Source: an uncultured Thermoleophilia bacterium (GTDB taxonomy: Bacteria; Actinomycetota; Thermoleophilia; UBA2241). From it: 64,000 nucleotides of DNA. The notes beneath the pieces are model-generated. The model ran no database searches and was not told the DNA's origin. It worked only from the letters and a program-made list of their open reading frames with translations. Each line of letters opens with the position of its first letter. The stretch's first letter is position 1. Shown piece after piece: positions 27,772 to 36,589 of this stretch. The stretch covers positions 156,347 through 220,346 of the forward strand of contig CAVPCT010000001.1 of the NCBI GenBank assembly GCA_963702475.1, written 5' to 3'. The position numbers and the translations under genes are program-made.

Positions 27772-28698
27772 ATGGACTACCAGCGGTACACCTCGGGCCC
27801 ACGGCGCGACCGTAGCTACCGCCGGCGCCGGCTGAGGCGCCGGCGTCTCACAGGGCTCGTCGTGGTCGTCCTCGTGGTCGCCGCCGTCGCGACCGCCCTC
27901 GTAGTGGTCACTCGCGGCGGTGACGGCGGCGGCGGCACGACCGCCGCCCCCTCGTCGTCCTCCGGCGCCGCGTCGGCCTCCGCCACTCCGACCCCCAGGC
28001 CGACCGTGCCGCCCCCCGAGGTCTGGGAGGCGAGCGCTTCCAGGCCCGTGCGCGTGTGGGTCGGTGGCGACTCCATGGGAGGCGAGCTCGGCTGGAGTCT
28101 CGCGCCCATGCTCGAGAACACGGGCGTGCTCGAGCCCATCCTTTTCTACAAAGACTCCACCGGCATCTGCCGCTGGGATTTCTACCACTGGGGCGACAAG
28201 ATCGAGTCGGTCATGCGCAACGACGAGCCCGACGCCGTGGTGCTCATGATGGGCACCAACGACACGCAGTCGGTGTGGCAGAACGGCGACTGGATCGCGC
28301 ACGGCGATCCCGACTGGAAGCGCGTCTACCAGAAACGTGTCGCCGACATGACGAAAGACGCCATCAAGGGCGGCGCCCGCCGCGTCTACTGGGTCGGCAT
28401 GCCCATCATGCAGGAGGACTGGCGCAACCCCTGGATGAAGTCCATCAACAAGATCGTGCAGAAGGCGGTGGCCGAGATCCCGGGGGCGCGGTACATCGAC
28501 TCGTGGGAGCTCTTCGTGGACGACGACGGCGAGTACGTGTCCTCGCTACGCCTCGGCGACGGCGTGCACTTCACGGTGGAGGGTCAGAAGCTCGTCGGCA
28601 AGGCCGTGCTCAAGGCCATCAAGAAGGACTGGCTGCCCAACGGCGTGCCGTCGCCGGAGCCGGAGGCGACCCCGATGCCCGAGGCCTCGTCGATCTGA
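27772..28698 (+). CDS. membrane-anchored SGNH/GDSL hydrolase, DUF459-like (paralog A)
   Basis: Arg-rich N-terminus plus one TM segment. Catalytic blocks WVGGDSMGG, MMGTNDTQ and GDGVHFT. RBS GAGGAGGG lies before ATG 27772. Confidence 0.8.
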   Translation: MDYQRYTSGPRRDRSYRRRRLRRRRLTGLVVVVLVVAAVATALVVVTRGGDGGGGTTAAPSSSSGAASASATPTPRPTVPPPEVWEASASRPVRVWVGGDSMGGELGWSLAPMLENTGVLEPILFYKDSTGICRWDFYHWGDKIESVMRNDEPDAVVLMMGTNDTQSVWQNGDWIAHGDPDWKRVYQKRVADMTKDAIKGGARRVYWVGMPIMQEDWRNPWMKSINKIVQKAVAEIPGARYIDSWELFVDDDGEYVSSLRLGDGVHFTVEGQKLVGKAVLKAIKKDWLPNGVPSPEPEATPMPEASSI

Positions 28699-28738
28699 TG
28701 CCGGAGCGGCTTCCCGCGCCGGGGGCCATAATGGGACC

Positions 28739-29620
28739 ATGATGCCACCGTTGTTCGCCACACTCCCGCTCGACGTGTTCGACGCCGCCAAGCGGCCGCT
28801 CTTCTTCCTTCTCCTGGCGTTCATTCTCACGTTCGTGGTGGTGCGCATCAACACGCGCCGGGTCCGGGCCAAGGGGGGCGCCGGCACGGGCGCCGGCAGT
28901 ATCGTCACTCCCGGCGGACTGCACATCCACCACTCGGTGTTCGGCATCATCATGATGGTGGTGGCCGGCATCCTGGAGTTCGCGCTGCAGTCGCGCACGC
29001 CATACGTGGAGATCATCGCCTGCGCGTTCGGCGTCGGCGCTGCTCTCACGCTCGACGAGTTCGCCCTCATCCTGCACCTCGAGGACGTCTACTGGACCGG
29101 CGAGGGCCGCCAGTCGATCGACGCGGTGATCCTCGGGCTCACGTTCATGATCCTGCTGCTGACGGGGCTCGTGCCGGGCGGCCTCTCCGAATTCGGTGAC
29201 TACCTCACCATCTCGCGGTGGGCGGCGGTCGCCTTCGTGTCGTGCAGCGCCGTCTTCGTCATGGCCTGCTACCTCAAGGGCAAGCTCTTCATGGGCACGG
29301 TCGGCATCTTCATCTCGCCGATCGCCCTGATCGGCGCCGTGCGCCTGGCCAAACCCAACTCGCCGTGGGCGCGCCTGCGCTACGCGCGGAGCCCCATCAA
29401 GATGGAGCGCGCCCGCCGCCGGCACGAGGGGTTCAACCGACGCTGGCGGGAGCGCAAGCACTACGTGTGGGACCTCATCGGCGGGCGGCCGCACCTGCAC
29501 CTGCCGCACCTCCACGGGCAAGCGCGCAGAAGCGCGCCAGCCGCAGTGGCGCCCGTCGCCCCGCAGGAGGCGGGTGTTCTGCCCGAGGTCGAACGGGACC
29601 CGGCGGCCGCGGCGCACTGA
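28739..29620 (+). CDS. polytopic membrane protein, unknown function
   Basis: About six predicted TM helices with a basic C-terminal tail. GC3-biased codons, same strand, 40 nt after SGNH paralog A. Confidence 0.6.
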   Translation: MMPPLFATLPLDVFDAAKRPLFFLLLAFILTFVVVRINTRRVRAKGGAGTGAGSIVTPGGLHIHHSVFGIIMMVVAGILEFALQSRTPYVEIIACAFGVGAALTLDEFALILHLEDVYWTGEGRQSIDAVILGLTFMILLLTGLVPGGLSEFGDYLTISRWAAVAFVSCSAVFVMACYLKGKLFMGTVGIFISPIALIGAVRLAKPNSPWARLRYARSPIKMERARRRHEGFNRRWRERKHYVWDLIGGRPHLHLPHLHGQARRSAPAAVAPVAPQEAGVLPEVERDPAAAAH

Positions 29621-29707
29621 GGTCCCTGCCGGACTCCTCAGGGTCCGGCCGAAGAACGCCGGTTGGCAGCGCGTCGTCCCTCCCCCTAGACTGACGCCCG
29701 GACACGC

Positions 29708-31366
29708 ATGCTCTTCCCCACCATCACATTCGCGGTCTTCTTCCTGCTGGTCTTCATCGGGAACTGGCTGCTCATGCCCAGACCGCGGCTGTGGAAGCCG
29801 TTCATCCTCGTGGCCAGTGCCGTGTTCTACGGCTGGTGGGAGTGGCGCTTCGTCCTGCTGCTCGCCGTGAGCGCCGTGGCCAACCAGCTGTTCGCGTCCG
29901 CCATCCAGGGCGCCCGCACGCGGAGCGGCAGGAAGTGGCTGCTGGCCGGCGCCGTGGCCGCCAACCTGGGCGTGCTGGGCTGGTTCAAGTACTACGGCTT
30001 CTTCGTGACCTCGGTGGTCAACTTCCTCGGCGCCTTCGGCCTCAACGCCGACCTGCCGCTGTTGCGCATCGTGTTGCCGATCGGCATCTCCTTCCTCACG
30101 TTCCGTGTGCTCAGCTACGTCATCGACGTGTACCGCGGTACCCTGCGCACGGCCTCCCTGCTCGACTTCGCCGTGTACGTCGCCTTCTTTCCGTACACTC
30201 TCGCCGGACCCATCGCCCGCGCCTCGGAGTTCCTGCCGCAGCTCAACGCGCCCCGCGACCCCCGCCGCGTGGACACGTCGAGGGCGTTCTTCCTGATCTT
30301 CGCCGGACTGGCCAAGAAGATGCTGCTGGCCGACTACCTCGCCACACACATCGTCAACGGCGTGTTCACCACGCCCGGCGAGTACTCGTCGCTGGAGGTC
30401 CTGGTGGGCGTCATCGGGTACTCGGTGCAGATCTACTGCGATTTCAGCGCGTACGCCGACATCGCCATCGGCATCTCGCTGCTGCTCGGCTTCGAGTTGC
30501 CGGACAACTTCGACCGGCCGTACACCGCCGTCTCGGTGCAGGACTTCTGGCGCCGCTGGCACATGACCCTGTCTCGCTGGCTGCGGGACTACCTGTACAT
30601 CCCGCTGGGCGGCAGTCGCAGGGGCCAGGTGCGCACGTACGTGAACCTGATGCTGACCATGGTGTTGGGCGGCCTCTGGCACGGCGCGGGATGGACGTTC
30701 ATGTTCTGGGGTCTGCTGTACGGCGGCGCGCTCGTAGTCGAGCACCGGCGCCTCGACGTACGCAAGGCCAGGGCGGCCCGGCGGCAGCGTGTGGGAGGGT
30801 CCCTGGCCGTGCCGTCCGCCGGGGCGGGCGCCCTTCACGATGGCGCGGAGGCGTTCGCTCCCGGGACGCCGGCGGCCGCCGGCGTCTCCGACCTGGAGCG
30901 CAGCGCCCGCGCCCTGGCCGCCATGGGTCCCAGCGGGCCGGTCTTCGCGGCGCCGGTGGCGGCCGTGGCGGCGCCGTCGCGCTCCGGCCCCGTGCCGGCC
31001 GCGCCGCTCCAGTACGACAGGCGCCCCTGGGGCGGCGGCTGGCTGCCGCGTCTCGGCGTGTTCGCGTTCGTGACCTTCGCCTGGGTGTTCTTCCGCTCGC
31101 CCACGTTCGCGGCCGCGCTCGACGTGCTCGCCCAGTTGTTCCGCGGCTGGGGCAGTGTGGGCGCCGCCGTCACCCCGGCCGTGCTGCTGGTCATCGTCGT
31201 CGGCGTCGGCGTGCAGTACGTGCCGAACACGGTCTACCAGCGCGTGCAGGCCGGGTTCTCGGTGCTGAACCCTGTGCTGCAGGGCCTCGCCCTGGCCGTG
31301 GGCTTCATGCTGCTCGACGTGCTCGGCCCGACGGGACCGGCCAGCTTCCTCTACTTCCAGTTCTGA
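29708..31366 (+). CDS. MBOAT-family O-acyltransferase (AlgI/PatA/DltB-like), copy 1
   Basis: MLFPTITFAVFF N-terminus, FWRRWHMTLSRWLRDYLYIPLGG and GGLWHGAGW (conserved His). It carries a large Ala/Pro-rich loop insertion relative to copy 2. Confidence 0.9.
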   Translation: MLFPTITFAVFFLLVFIGNWLLMPRPRLWKPFILVASAVFYGWWEWRFVLLLAVSAVANQLFASAIQGARTRSGRKWLLAGAVAANLGVLGWFKYYGFFVTSVVNFLGAFGLNADLPLLRIVLPIGISFLTFRVLSYVIDVYRGTLRTASLLDFAVYVAFFPYTLAGPIARASEFLPQLNAPRDPRRVDTSRAFFLIFAGLAKKMLLADYLATHIVNGVFTTPGEYSSLEVLVGVIGYSVQIYCDFSAYADIAIGISLLLGFELPDNFDRPYTAVSVQDFWRRWHMTLSRWLRDYLYIPLGGSRRGQVRTYVNLMLTMVLGGLWHGAGWTFMFWGLLYGGALVVEHRRLDVRKARAARRQRVGGSLAVPSAGAGALHDGAEAFAPGTPAAAGVSDLERSARALAAMGPSGPVFAAPVAAVAAPSRSGPVPAAPLQYDRRPWGGGWLPRLGVFAFVTFAWVFFRSPTFAAALDVLAQLFRGWGSVGAAVTPAVLLVIVVGVGVQYVPNTVYQRVQAGFSVLNPVLQGLALAVGFMLLDVLGPTGPASFLYFQF

Positions 31367-32493
31367 TGGGCGACCCCGGCGACAAGCTCCCGTTCGGCCG
31401 CCGCCGGCGCACCGCGGCCAGCGCCCTCGTGGTGATCCTCATCGCCTTCGGCCTCGGGGTGCTGTTCAACGCCCCGGCCATGAAGAAGACCGCCCTGGAG
31501 CTGCCGTTCGGCGGCGCCCGCAGCTTCCGCCTGGCGCTGGTCGGCCCCGCCGCCGCGGTCAGCGGTTGGTTCTACCTGGACCGCCCGGCACGGTTCGCCG
31601 CAGGGCTGCTCGGCAAGCCGGACCCGGGACCGCGCGAGGTCCAGGTGGTGGAGGTGCCGACGCCGACCCCCGAACCATCGGCCACGAAGAAGGGCGACAA
31701 GGGCGACAAGGACGGCGGCAAGACGCCCATCGGCGAGCGCCCGCTGCCCAAGCCCTACGCCGGCCACCCGATGCACCTGTACATCGCCGGCGACTCCATG
31801 GCCGGCATCCCCGGCATGGCCCTCGTCAATCTGGCCAAGGACACCAGGCTCATCAAGCCACTCCTCGACTACCGTATCTCCACCGGCCTGGTGCGTCCCG
31901 ACTTCTTCAACTGGCCGCTGCAGCTGAAGCAGCAGGTGAAGGCGTTCGATCCCGGCGCCGTCGTGGTGATGTGGGGCGCCAACGACAACCAGGGCGTCGA
32001 GACGTCGACCGGGAAGGTGTACCAGTTCGGGAGCAAGGGCTGGCAGAAGGAGTACCGCAAGCGCATCGAGGACGTCATCGCGATCCTCTTCGCCGGCGGC
32101 GTGCGGCGCATCTACTGGGTCGGCCAGCCCATCATGCCGGACGCGTCCTACGACCGGCAGATCCGCCTGATGAACGACCTGTTCGAGAGCGTGGCGGCCG
32201 GGCACGCGGGCGTGCGGTACATCGACGCGTACTCGGTGCTCTCCACCGGCAGCGGAGGGTACTCGCAGTATCTCAAGGACGAGCAGGGCGAGACCCAGCA
32301 GGTCCGTGAGGCCGACGGCGAGCATCTGACCTATGCCGGCGGCATGCGCCTGGCCAGGGAGGTCATGGCGGCCATCAAGGCCGACTGGCTGACGAAGGAC
32401 AAGAAGGAAGGCTCCGGCCGGAGCAGAGCCGGGGTCTCCTCCTCACCCTCGGCCAAGGCGTCGCCCAAGGCGAGCGCCACGCCGGCGCCCTGA
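31366..32493 (+). CDS. membrane-anchored SGNH/GDSL hydrolase, DUF459-like (paralog B)
   Basis: The ATG overlaps the MBOAT-1 stop (TGATG). One TM segment. Blocks IAGDSMAG, MWGANDNQG and ADGEHLT. Only the 3-prime part of ORF 29791..32493 is real. Confidence 0.85.
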   Translation: MGDPGDKLPFGRRRRTAASALVVILIAFGLGVLFNAPAMKKTALELPFGGARSFRLALVGPAAAVSGWFYLDRPARFAAGLLGKPDPGPREVQVVEVPTPTPEPSATKKGDKGDKDGGKTPIGERPLPKPYAGHPMHLYIAGDSMAGIPGMALVNLAKDTRLIKPLLDYRISTGLVRPDFFNWPLQLKQQVKAFDPGAVVVMWGANDNQGVETSTGKVYQFGSKGWQKEYRKRIEDVIAILFAGGVRRIYWVGQPIMPDASYDRQIRLMNDLFESVAAGHAGVRYIDAYSVLSTGSGGYSQYLKDEQGETQQVREADGEHLTYAGGMRLAREVMAAIKADWLTKDKKEGSGRSRAGVSSSPSAKASPKASATPAP

Positions 32494-32598
32494 CGCCGGC
32501 CCGCTTGCGGGACCGCCCGGGCGGCCGGGTCCGTCCACCGACGCCGCCCGGGCGCGGCGGCATGGGGCCGACCCCGGTCGCTGTAGTAGCATCCGGCC

Positions 32599-34038
32599 AT
32601 GCTGTTCCCGACCATCACCTTCGCCGTCTTCTTCCTCGTCGTCTACGCGCTCAGCTGGCTGCTGATGCCGCGGTTCCGGCTGTGGAAGTGGTTCATCATC
32701 GCGGCGAGCTACGTGTTCTACGGCTGGTGGGACTGGCGCTTCGTCCTGCTGCTCGTGGTCGCCACCATCGCCAACCAGGCGCTGGCGGTGCAGATCCGGC
32801 GGGCGCGCGGCCGGCGCAGCGGGGCGCGCGCCGCGAAGGGTTGGCTCACCCTCTCAGTCGTCTTCAACCTCGGCCTGCTCGGCTACTTCAAGTACGTCGA
32901 CTTCTTCGCCGTGAACCTCGACCACCTGCTCAGCAGCATCGGTCTGGGGGCGCCGCTGCCGCTGTTGCGCGTGCTGCTCCCGGTGGGCATCTCGTTCCTC
33001 GTGTTCCGCGTGCTCACCTACACGATCGACATCTACCGCGGGCAGCTGGCGCCGGCCTCCACCCTGGACTTCGGCGTGTACGTCGCCTTCTTCCCTTACC
33101 TCCTCGCGGGGCCCATCGCCCGGGCCCGCGACTTCCTCCCGCAGCTGGCCTCGCCCAGGAACCCGCACTCCGTGGACGCCGGGCGCGCCTTCGTGCTCAT
33201 CCTCGGGGGCCTCGCCAAGAAGCTTTGGATAGCGGACTACCTGTCCACGCACATCGTCAACGGGGTCTTCCTGTCGCCGCAGTCCTACTCGGCCTGGGAG
33301 ACGGCGTGGGCCATCGCCGCCTACTCCGTGCAGATCTACTGCGACTTCAGCGCCTACAGCGACATCGCCATCGGCATCTCGCTGTTGCTCGGGTTCGAAC
33401 TGCCCGAGAACTTCAACGCCCCGTACACGGCGCGCACCGTCCAGGACTTCTGGCGCCGCTGGCACATCACCCTCTCCAGCTGGCTGCGCGACTACCTCTA
33501 CATCCCGCTGGGCGGGAACCGCAAGGGACCCGGGCGCACCTACGTGAACCTCATCGTGACGATGCTGCTCGGCGGCCTCTGGCACGGCGCCGGGTGGAAC
33601 TTCATCCTCTGGGGCGGCATGCACGGCGTAGGCATGGCGCTGGAGCGGGCCCGCGGCGAGACGCGGCGGCGGCGCGGCATCCCGGACCCGGGTCGCACGG
33701 CCGGCGCGCGGGCGCTGCAGCGCGCCGGCGTGTTCGTGTTCGTCAGCATCGCCTGGGTGTTCTTCCGGGCCGACTCCGTCGGCGCCGCCTTCTCGGTGCT
33801 CTGGCGCCTGATCGCGGGGCTGGGCAGCATCGGCACGGCCGTCACCTGGCCGGTGGTCGGGCTCGTCGTGGTGGGCGTCGCCATCCAGTACGTGCCGCGC
33901 GGCTTCATCGAGCGCCTGGAGGGAGGGCTCTCGCGCATCGGGTGGGCCGGGCAGGCCGCGGTGCTGGCGGTGGGTCTGTTCCTGATCGACACGCTGGGGC
34001 CGCAGGGCGCGGCCGAGTTCCTCTACTTCAAGTTCTGA
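32599..34038 (+). CDS. MBOAT-family O-acyltransferase, copy 2
   Basis: Same N-terminus (MLFPTITFAVFF) and the same FWRRWH / GGLWHGAGW motifs as copy 1. A TAGCAT box ends 6 nt before the ATG. Confidence 0.9.
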   Translation: MLFPTITFAVFFLVVYALSWLLMPRFRLWKWFIIAASYVFYGWWDWRFVLLLVVATIANQALAVQIRRARGRRSGARAAKGWLTLSVVFNLGLLGYFKYVDFFAVNLDHLLSSIGLGAPLPLLRVLLPVGISFLVFRVLTYTIDIYRGQLAPASTLDFGVYVAFFPYLLAGPIARARDFLPQLASPRNPHSVDAGRAFVLILGGLAKKLWIADYLSTHIVNGVFLSPQSYSAWETAWAIAAYSVQIYCDFSAYSDIAIGISLLLGFELPENFNAPYTARTVQDFWRRWHITLSSWLRDYLYIPLGGNRKGPGRTYVNLIVTMLLGGLWHGAGWNFILWGGMHGVGMALERARGETRRRRGIPDPGRTAGARALQRAGVFVFVSIAWVFFRADSVGAAFSVLWRLIAGLGSIGTAVTWPVVGLVVVGVAIQYVPRGFIERLEGGLSRIGWAGQAAVLAVGLFLIDTLGPQGAAEFLYFKF

Positions 34039-34063
34039 GCCGGGTGACGGCTGCGGAGACCTG

Positions 34064-35437
34064 ATGGCGGACTGGGACGACGAGGGCAGGGACAACAGGC
34101 CGTTCCCGGACGGGGACGATGAGGACCTGTTCGTGTGGGGCGAGCTGCGGCCGCCGGCGCGGTCGCCGGGGCGCGAGCCCCCACGGCCGCGCCGGGACAG
34201 GCCCGGACCCGTGCCGGCGGCTTGGGACGATCTCGACCGGACGGCTCGGTACCGGCCGGCGGAGCCCCGGCCGCGGCCGCGGCCCGACGAGGACGACACC
34301 GGCGGGTATGAGGTGCCGACCGGGCGGCCGCGCCCGGCCGACGTGCGCCGCGACACGCGGTACGGCGCCGACGACGAGTGGCAGGAGTGGCTCGATCCGG
34401 GAGAGGGAGCGCAGTCCCGCCGGCCGGTGCCCGGCGAAGGGCCCGGCGGCCCGTTCGGGCCCGACGCGCTCGGGCCGTTGCCCGAGCGCGCCAGGCCACG
34501 CCGCCGCCGGGCCTCCGCCGGCGCCGTGCTCGCCGCCATGTTGCTCGGCTTCCTGGTCGCCGGCCTGCTCGACGCCGCCGCCATCCAGAAGCGCGTCGAG
34601 GGCGAGGAGCTCGGCGGCATGCGCAGCCTGCAGCTCGCCCTGCTCAAGCCGGTCGTCGCGGCGAGCGGCTGGCTGCAGCTCGACCGCCCGGCCGAGGCGC
34701 TCAACGCCGCCCTCGGCCGCGGCGAGGAGAAGCACCACACGCTCGCCGAGACGAAGACGCAGAAGAAGTCGCACTGGCCGCGGGAGATCACCGCGGCCAA
34801 GCCACTGCGCCTGTGGATCATCGGCGACTCGATGGGCCAGGTCTTCGGCTCGTCGCTCGAGAACCTCGCCGAGGACACGGGGCTGATCAAAGCCAAGATG
34901 GAGTACAAGGTGTCCAGCGGTCTCAGCCGTCCGGACTTCTACGACTGGCCGCAGCACATGATCGACCAGATCGTCGACTGGAACCCCGACGCTACCGCCG
35001 TGCTGTTCGGCGCCAACGACGGCCAGAACTACTACCACGAGGGCAGGGTCCTCAAGGTCGGCACCAAGGCCTGGCAGGCGGAGTACGCGAGACGTGTGGG
35101 CAAGGCGATGAAGATCCTCACCAGAGGCGGCCGCCGCGTGTACTGGGTCGGGCAGCCCATCATGCGCAACTCCGTGTATCGAGACAAGACGGCGATGATC
35201 GACAAGATCTACGCGGCCGAGGCCAAGAAGCACGACGGGGTGCAGTACATCTCCACGTGGATGCTCTTCGCCAACGAGAAGGGCGGGTACACGGAGGCGC
35301 TGAAGGACGAGGGCGGCGACCTCGTGATCATGCGCGCTCCCGACGGCGTCCATCTCACGCGCGCCGGCGGCGACCGCATGGCGCAGGTCGTGCTGGACGT
35401 CATCGAGCAGGACTGGGGCATCCCGCAGCAGCCGTAA
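34064..35437 (+). CDS. membrane-anchored SGNH/GDSL hydrolase, DUF459-like (paralog C) with a long acidic/Pro-Arg N-terminal tail
   Basis: One TM segment (AVLAAMLLGFLVAGLL). Blocks IIGDSMGQ, LFGANDGQ and PDGVHLT. RBS GGAGA lies before ATG 34064. Confidence 0.85.
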   Translation: MADWDDEGRDNRPFPDGDDEDLFVWGELRPPARSPGREPPRPRRDRPGPVPAAWDDLDRTARYRPAEPRPRPRPDEDDTGGYEVPTGRPRPADVRRDTRYGADDEWQEWLDPGEGAQSRRPVPGEGPGGPFGPDALGPLPERARPRRRRASAGAVLAAMLLGFLVAGLLDAAAIQKRVEGEELGGMRSLQLALLKPVVAASGWLQLDRPAEALNAALGRGEEKHHTLAETKTQKKSHWPREITAAKPLRLWIIGDSMGQVFGSSLENLAEDTGLIKAKMEYKVSSGLSRPDFYDWPQHMIDQIVDWNPDATAVLFGANDGQNYYHEGRVLKVGTKAWQAEYARRVGKAMKILTRGGRRVYWVGQPIMRNSVYRDKTAMIDKIYAAEAKKHDGVQYISTWMLFANEKGGYTEALKDEGGDLVIMRAPDGVHLTRAGGDRMAQVVLDVIEQDWGIPQQP

Positions 35438-35557
35438 GCGCGCCCCGGCGCCTGTCCCCGGCGCCTCCGGGCGCGCTCTCCTGCGTCGCCTGCCCGTGGC
35501 GGACGGCGCCGGCCGGACGCTCCTTGCGCAAGCAGCGTCAGGCCGGGCCGGCCGCGG

Positions 35558-36589
35558 TCACCAGGCCCGCACCTCGCCGGCATCGGTGATCCAGTCGCGG
35601 GTGAGGAACAGCCAGAAGGCCAGCCCGGCGAAGGGCCCGTAGGGCCGGAACCGCCGGCGGATCGTGGCGTCGGGCACCAGCCTGCCCGCGTGCTTGCCGA
35701 CCAGGCGGGCGTACTTGGGCCTGGTCCAGGAGTCGAACACCAAACGCGAGTGGCGCCCGAGCAGCATCATGATGTGTGCGGCCGCGTAGGGTCCGACGCC
35801 GGGGAGTGCCAGCAGCCGCCGCTCCACCTCGTCGTCGGGCAGTCCGTCGGCCGGCGTCTCGTACAGCTCCTCGAGGTCGACCTCTCCGCCGGCGACGGAG
35901 GCGGCGAGGGCGCGCAGGCGCGGTCCGCGGTAGCCGGCCCGCGCCACCTCGCGGTAGAAGCTCTCGGGTGCCGCAGCCATGGCGACGGGGCTGGGAAAGG
36001 CGTGCCCGGCGCAACGTTCGCCCGAGGGACCCGGCGCCCGCTCCCCCAGTCCTCGCACCAGGGCGGCGACCATGCGCTCGGTCGCCGCCCAGGCGCAGTT
36101 GGTGGTGCACACGGTCTTGACCACGTCCTCGAAGACCGTCGGACTGCGCACCATGCGCCCGGCGCCGGAGCACGCCCAGGCGAGCGCCGGGTCGCCCGCC
36201 GCCTTGGCGTAGAAGGCGCTGAGGTCGTCGTCCAGGCAGAGCATGCGCCGCACCGCCCCCGTCAGGGCCGTCGCCGCGGCCCGTGTCACGGGTGCGCCGG
36301 CGTCGGCGGTGGAGATGCCGACGTAAGCGACGGGGAAAGCCCGGTGTTGGTCCGGGGCGCCGTGAGGGCAGCTGCCGTCGACGGAGCAGCCCGGCGCGCT
36401 GCCGGCCGCCGGAGCCACGCGCACGGTCCGAGGGCCGCCGGGCGCGGCCAGCGTCACGGCGAACGACAGGCCGCGAGCGTCCACCGCCGCCGGCGGCAGC
36501 GAGGCGATCCCGTGCGAGAGGAGGGTACGGCGCAGATCCACGGGCTCTCCCGCCGGGCCGCGCAGGGTGAGTCCGGCGAACGCGCTCAC
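35558..36589 (-). CDS. DNA-3-methyladenine glycosylase II family (AlkA-like, HhH-GPD)
   Basis: HhH-GPD region LLALPGVGPYAAAHIMMLLGRHSRLVFDSW. The GTG start overlaps the EamA stop (GTGA). The 5-prime part of ORF 35558..37534 is an out-of-frame artefact over the EamA gene. Confidence 0.75.
   Translation of the reverse strand: MSAFAGLTLRGPAGEPVDLRRTLLSHGIASLPPAAVDARGLSFAVTLAAPGGPRTVRVAPAAGSAPGCSVDGSCPHGAPDQHRAFPVAYVGISTADAGAPVTRAAATALTGAVRRMLCLDDDLSAFYAKAAGDPALAWACSGAGRMVRSPTVFEDVVKTVCTTNCAWAATERMVAALVRGLGERAPGPSGERCAGHAFPSPVAMAAAPESFYREVARAGYRGPRLRALAASVAGGEVDLEELYETPADGLPDDEVERRLLALPGVGPYAAAHIMMLLGRHSRLVFDSWTRPKYARLVGKHAGRLVPDATIRRRFRPYGPFAGLAFWLFLTRDWITDAGEVRAW

Noticed and set aside
28619-30838. 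739-aa minus-strand ORF and the 684-aa ORF at 32854..34908
   Set aside because: Shadow ORFs opposite the membrane protein/MBOAT-1 and MBOAT-2/SGNH-C genes. The plus-strand genes carry unambiguous family motifs.
29791-31365. 5-prime 525 codons of the 900-aa ORF 29791..32493 (similarly 48986..50620, 58321..58890, 36643..37578 and 1586..2416)
   Set aside because: These long open frames run out-of-frame through upstream genes. Only the 3-prime parts, which begin at RBS-supported starts and carry family motifs, were called as genes.
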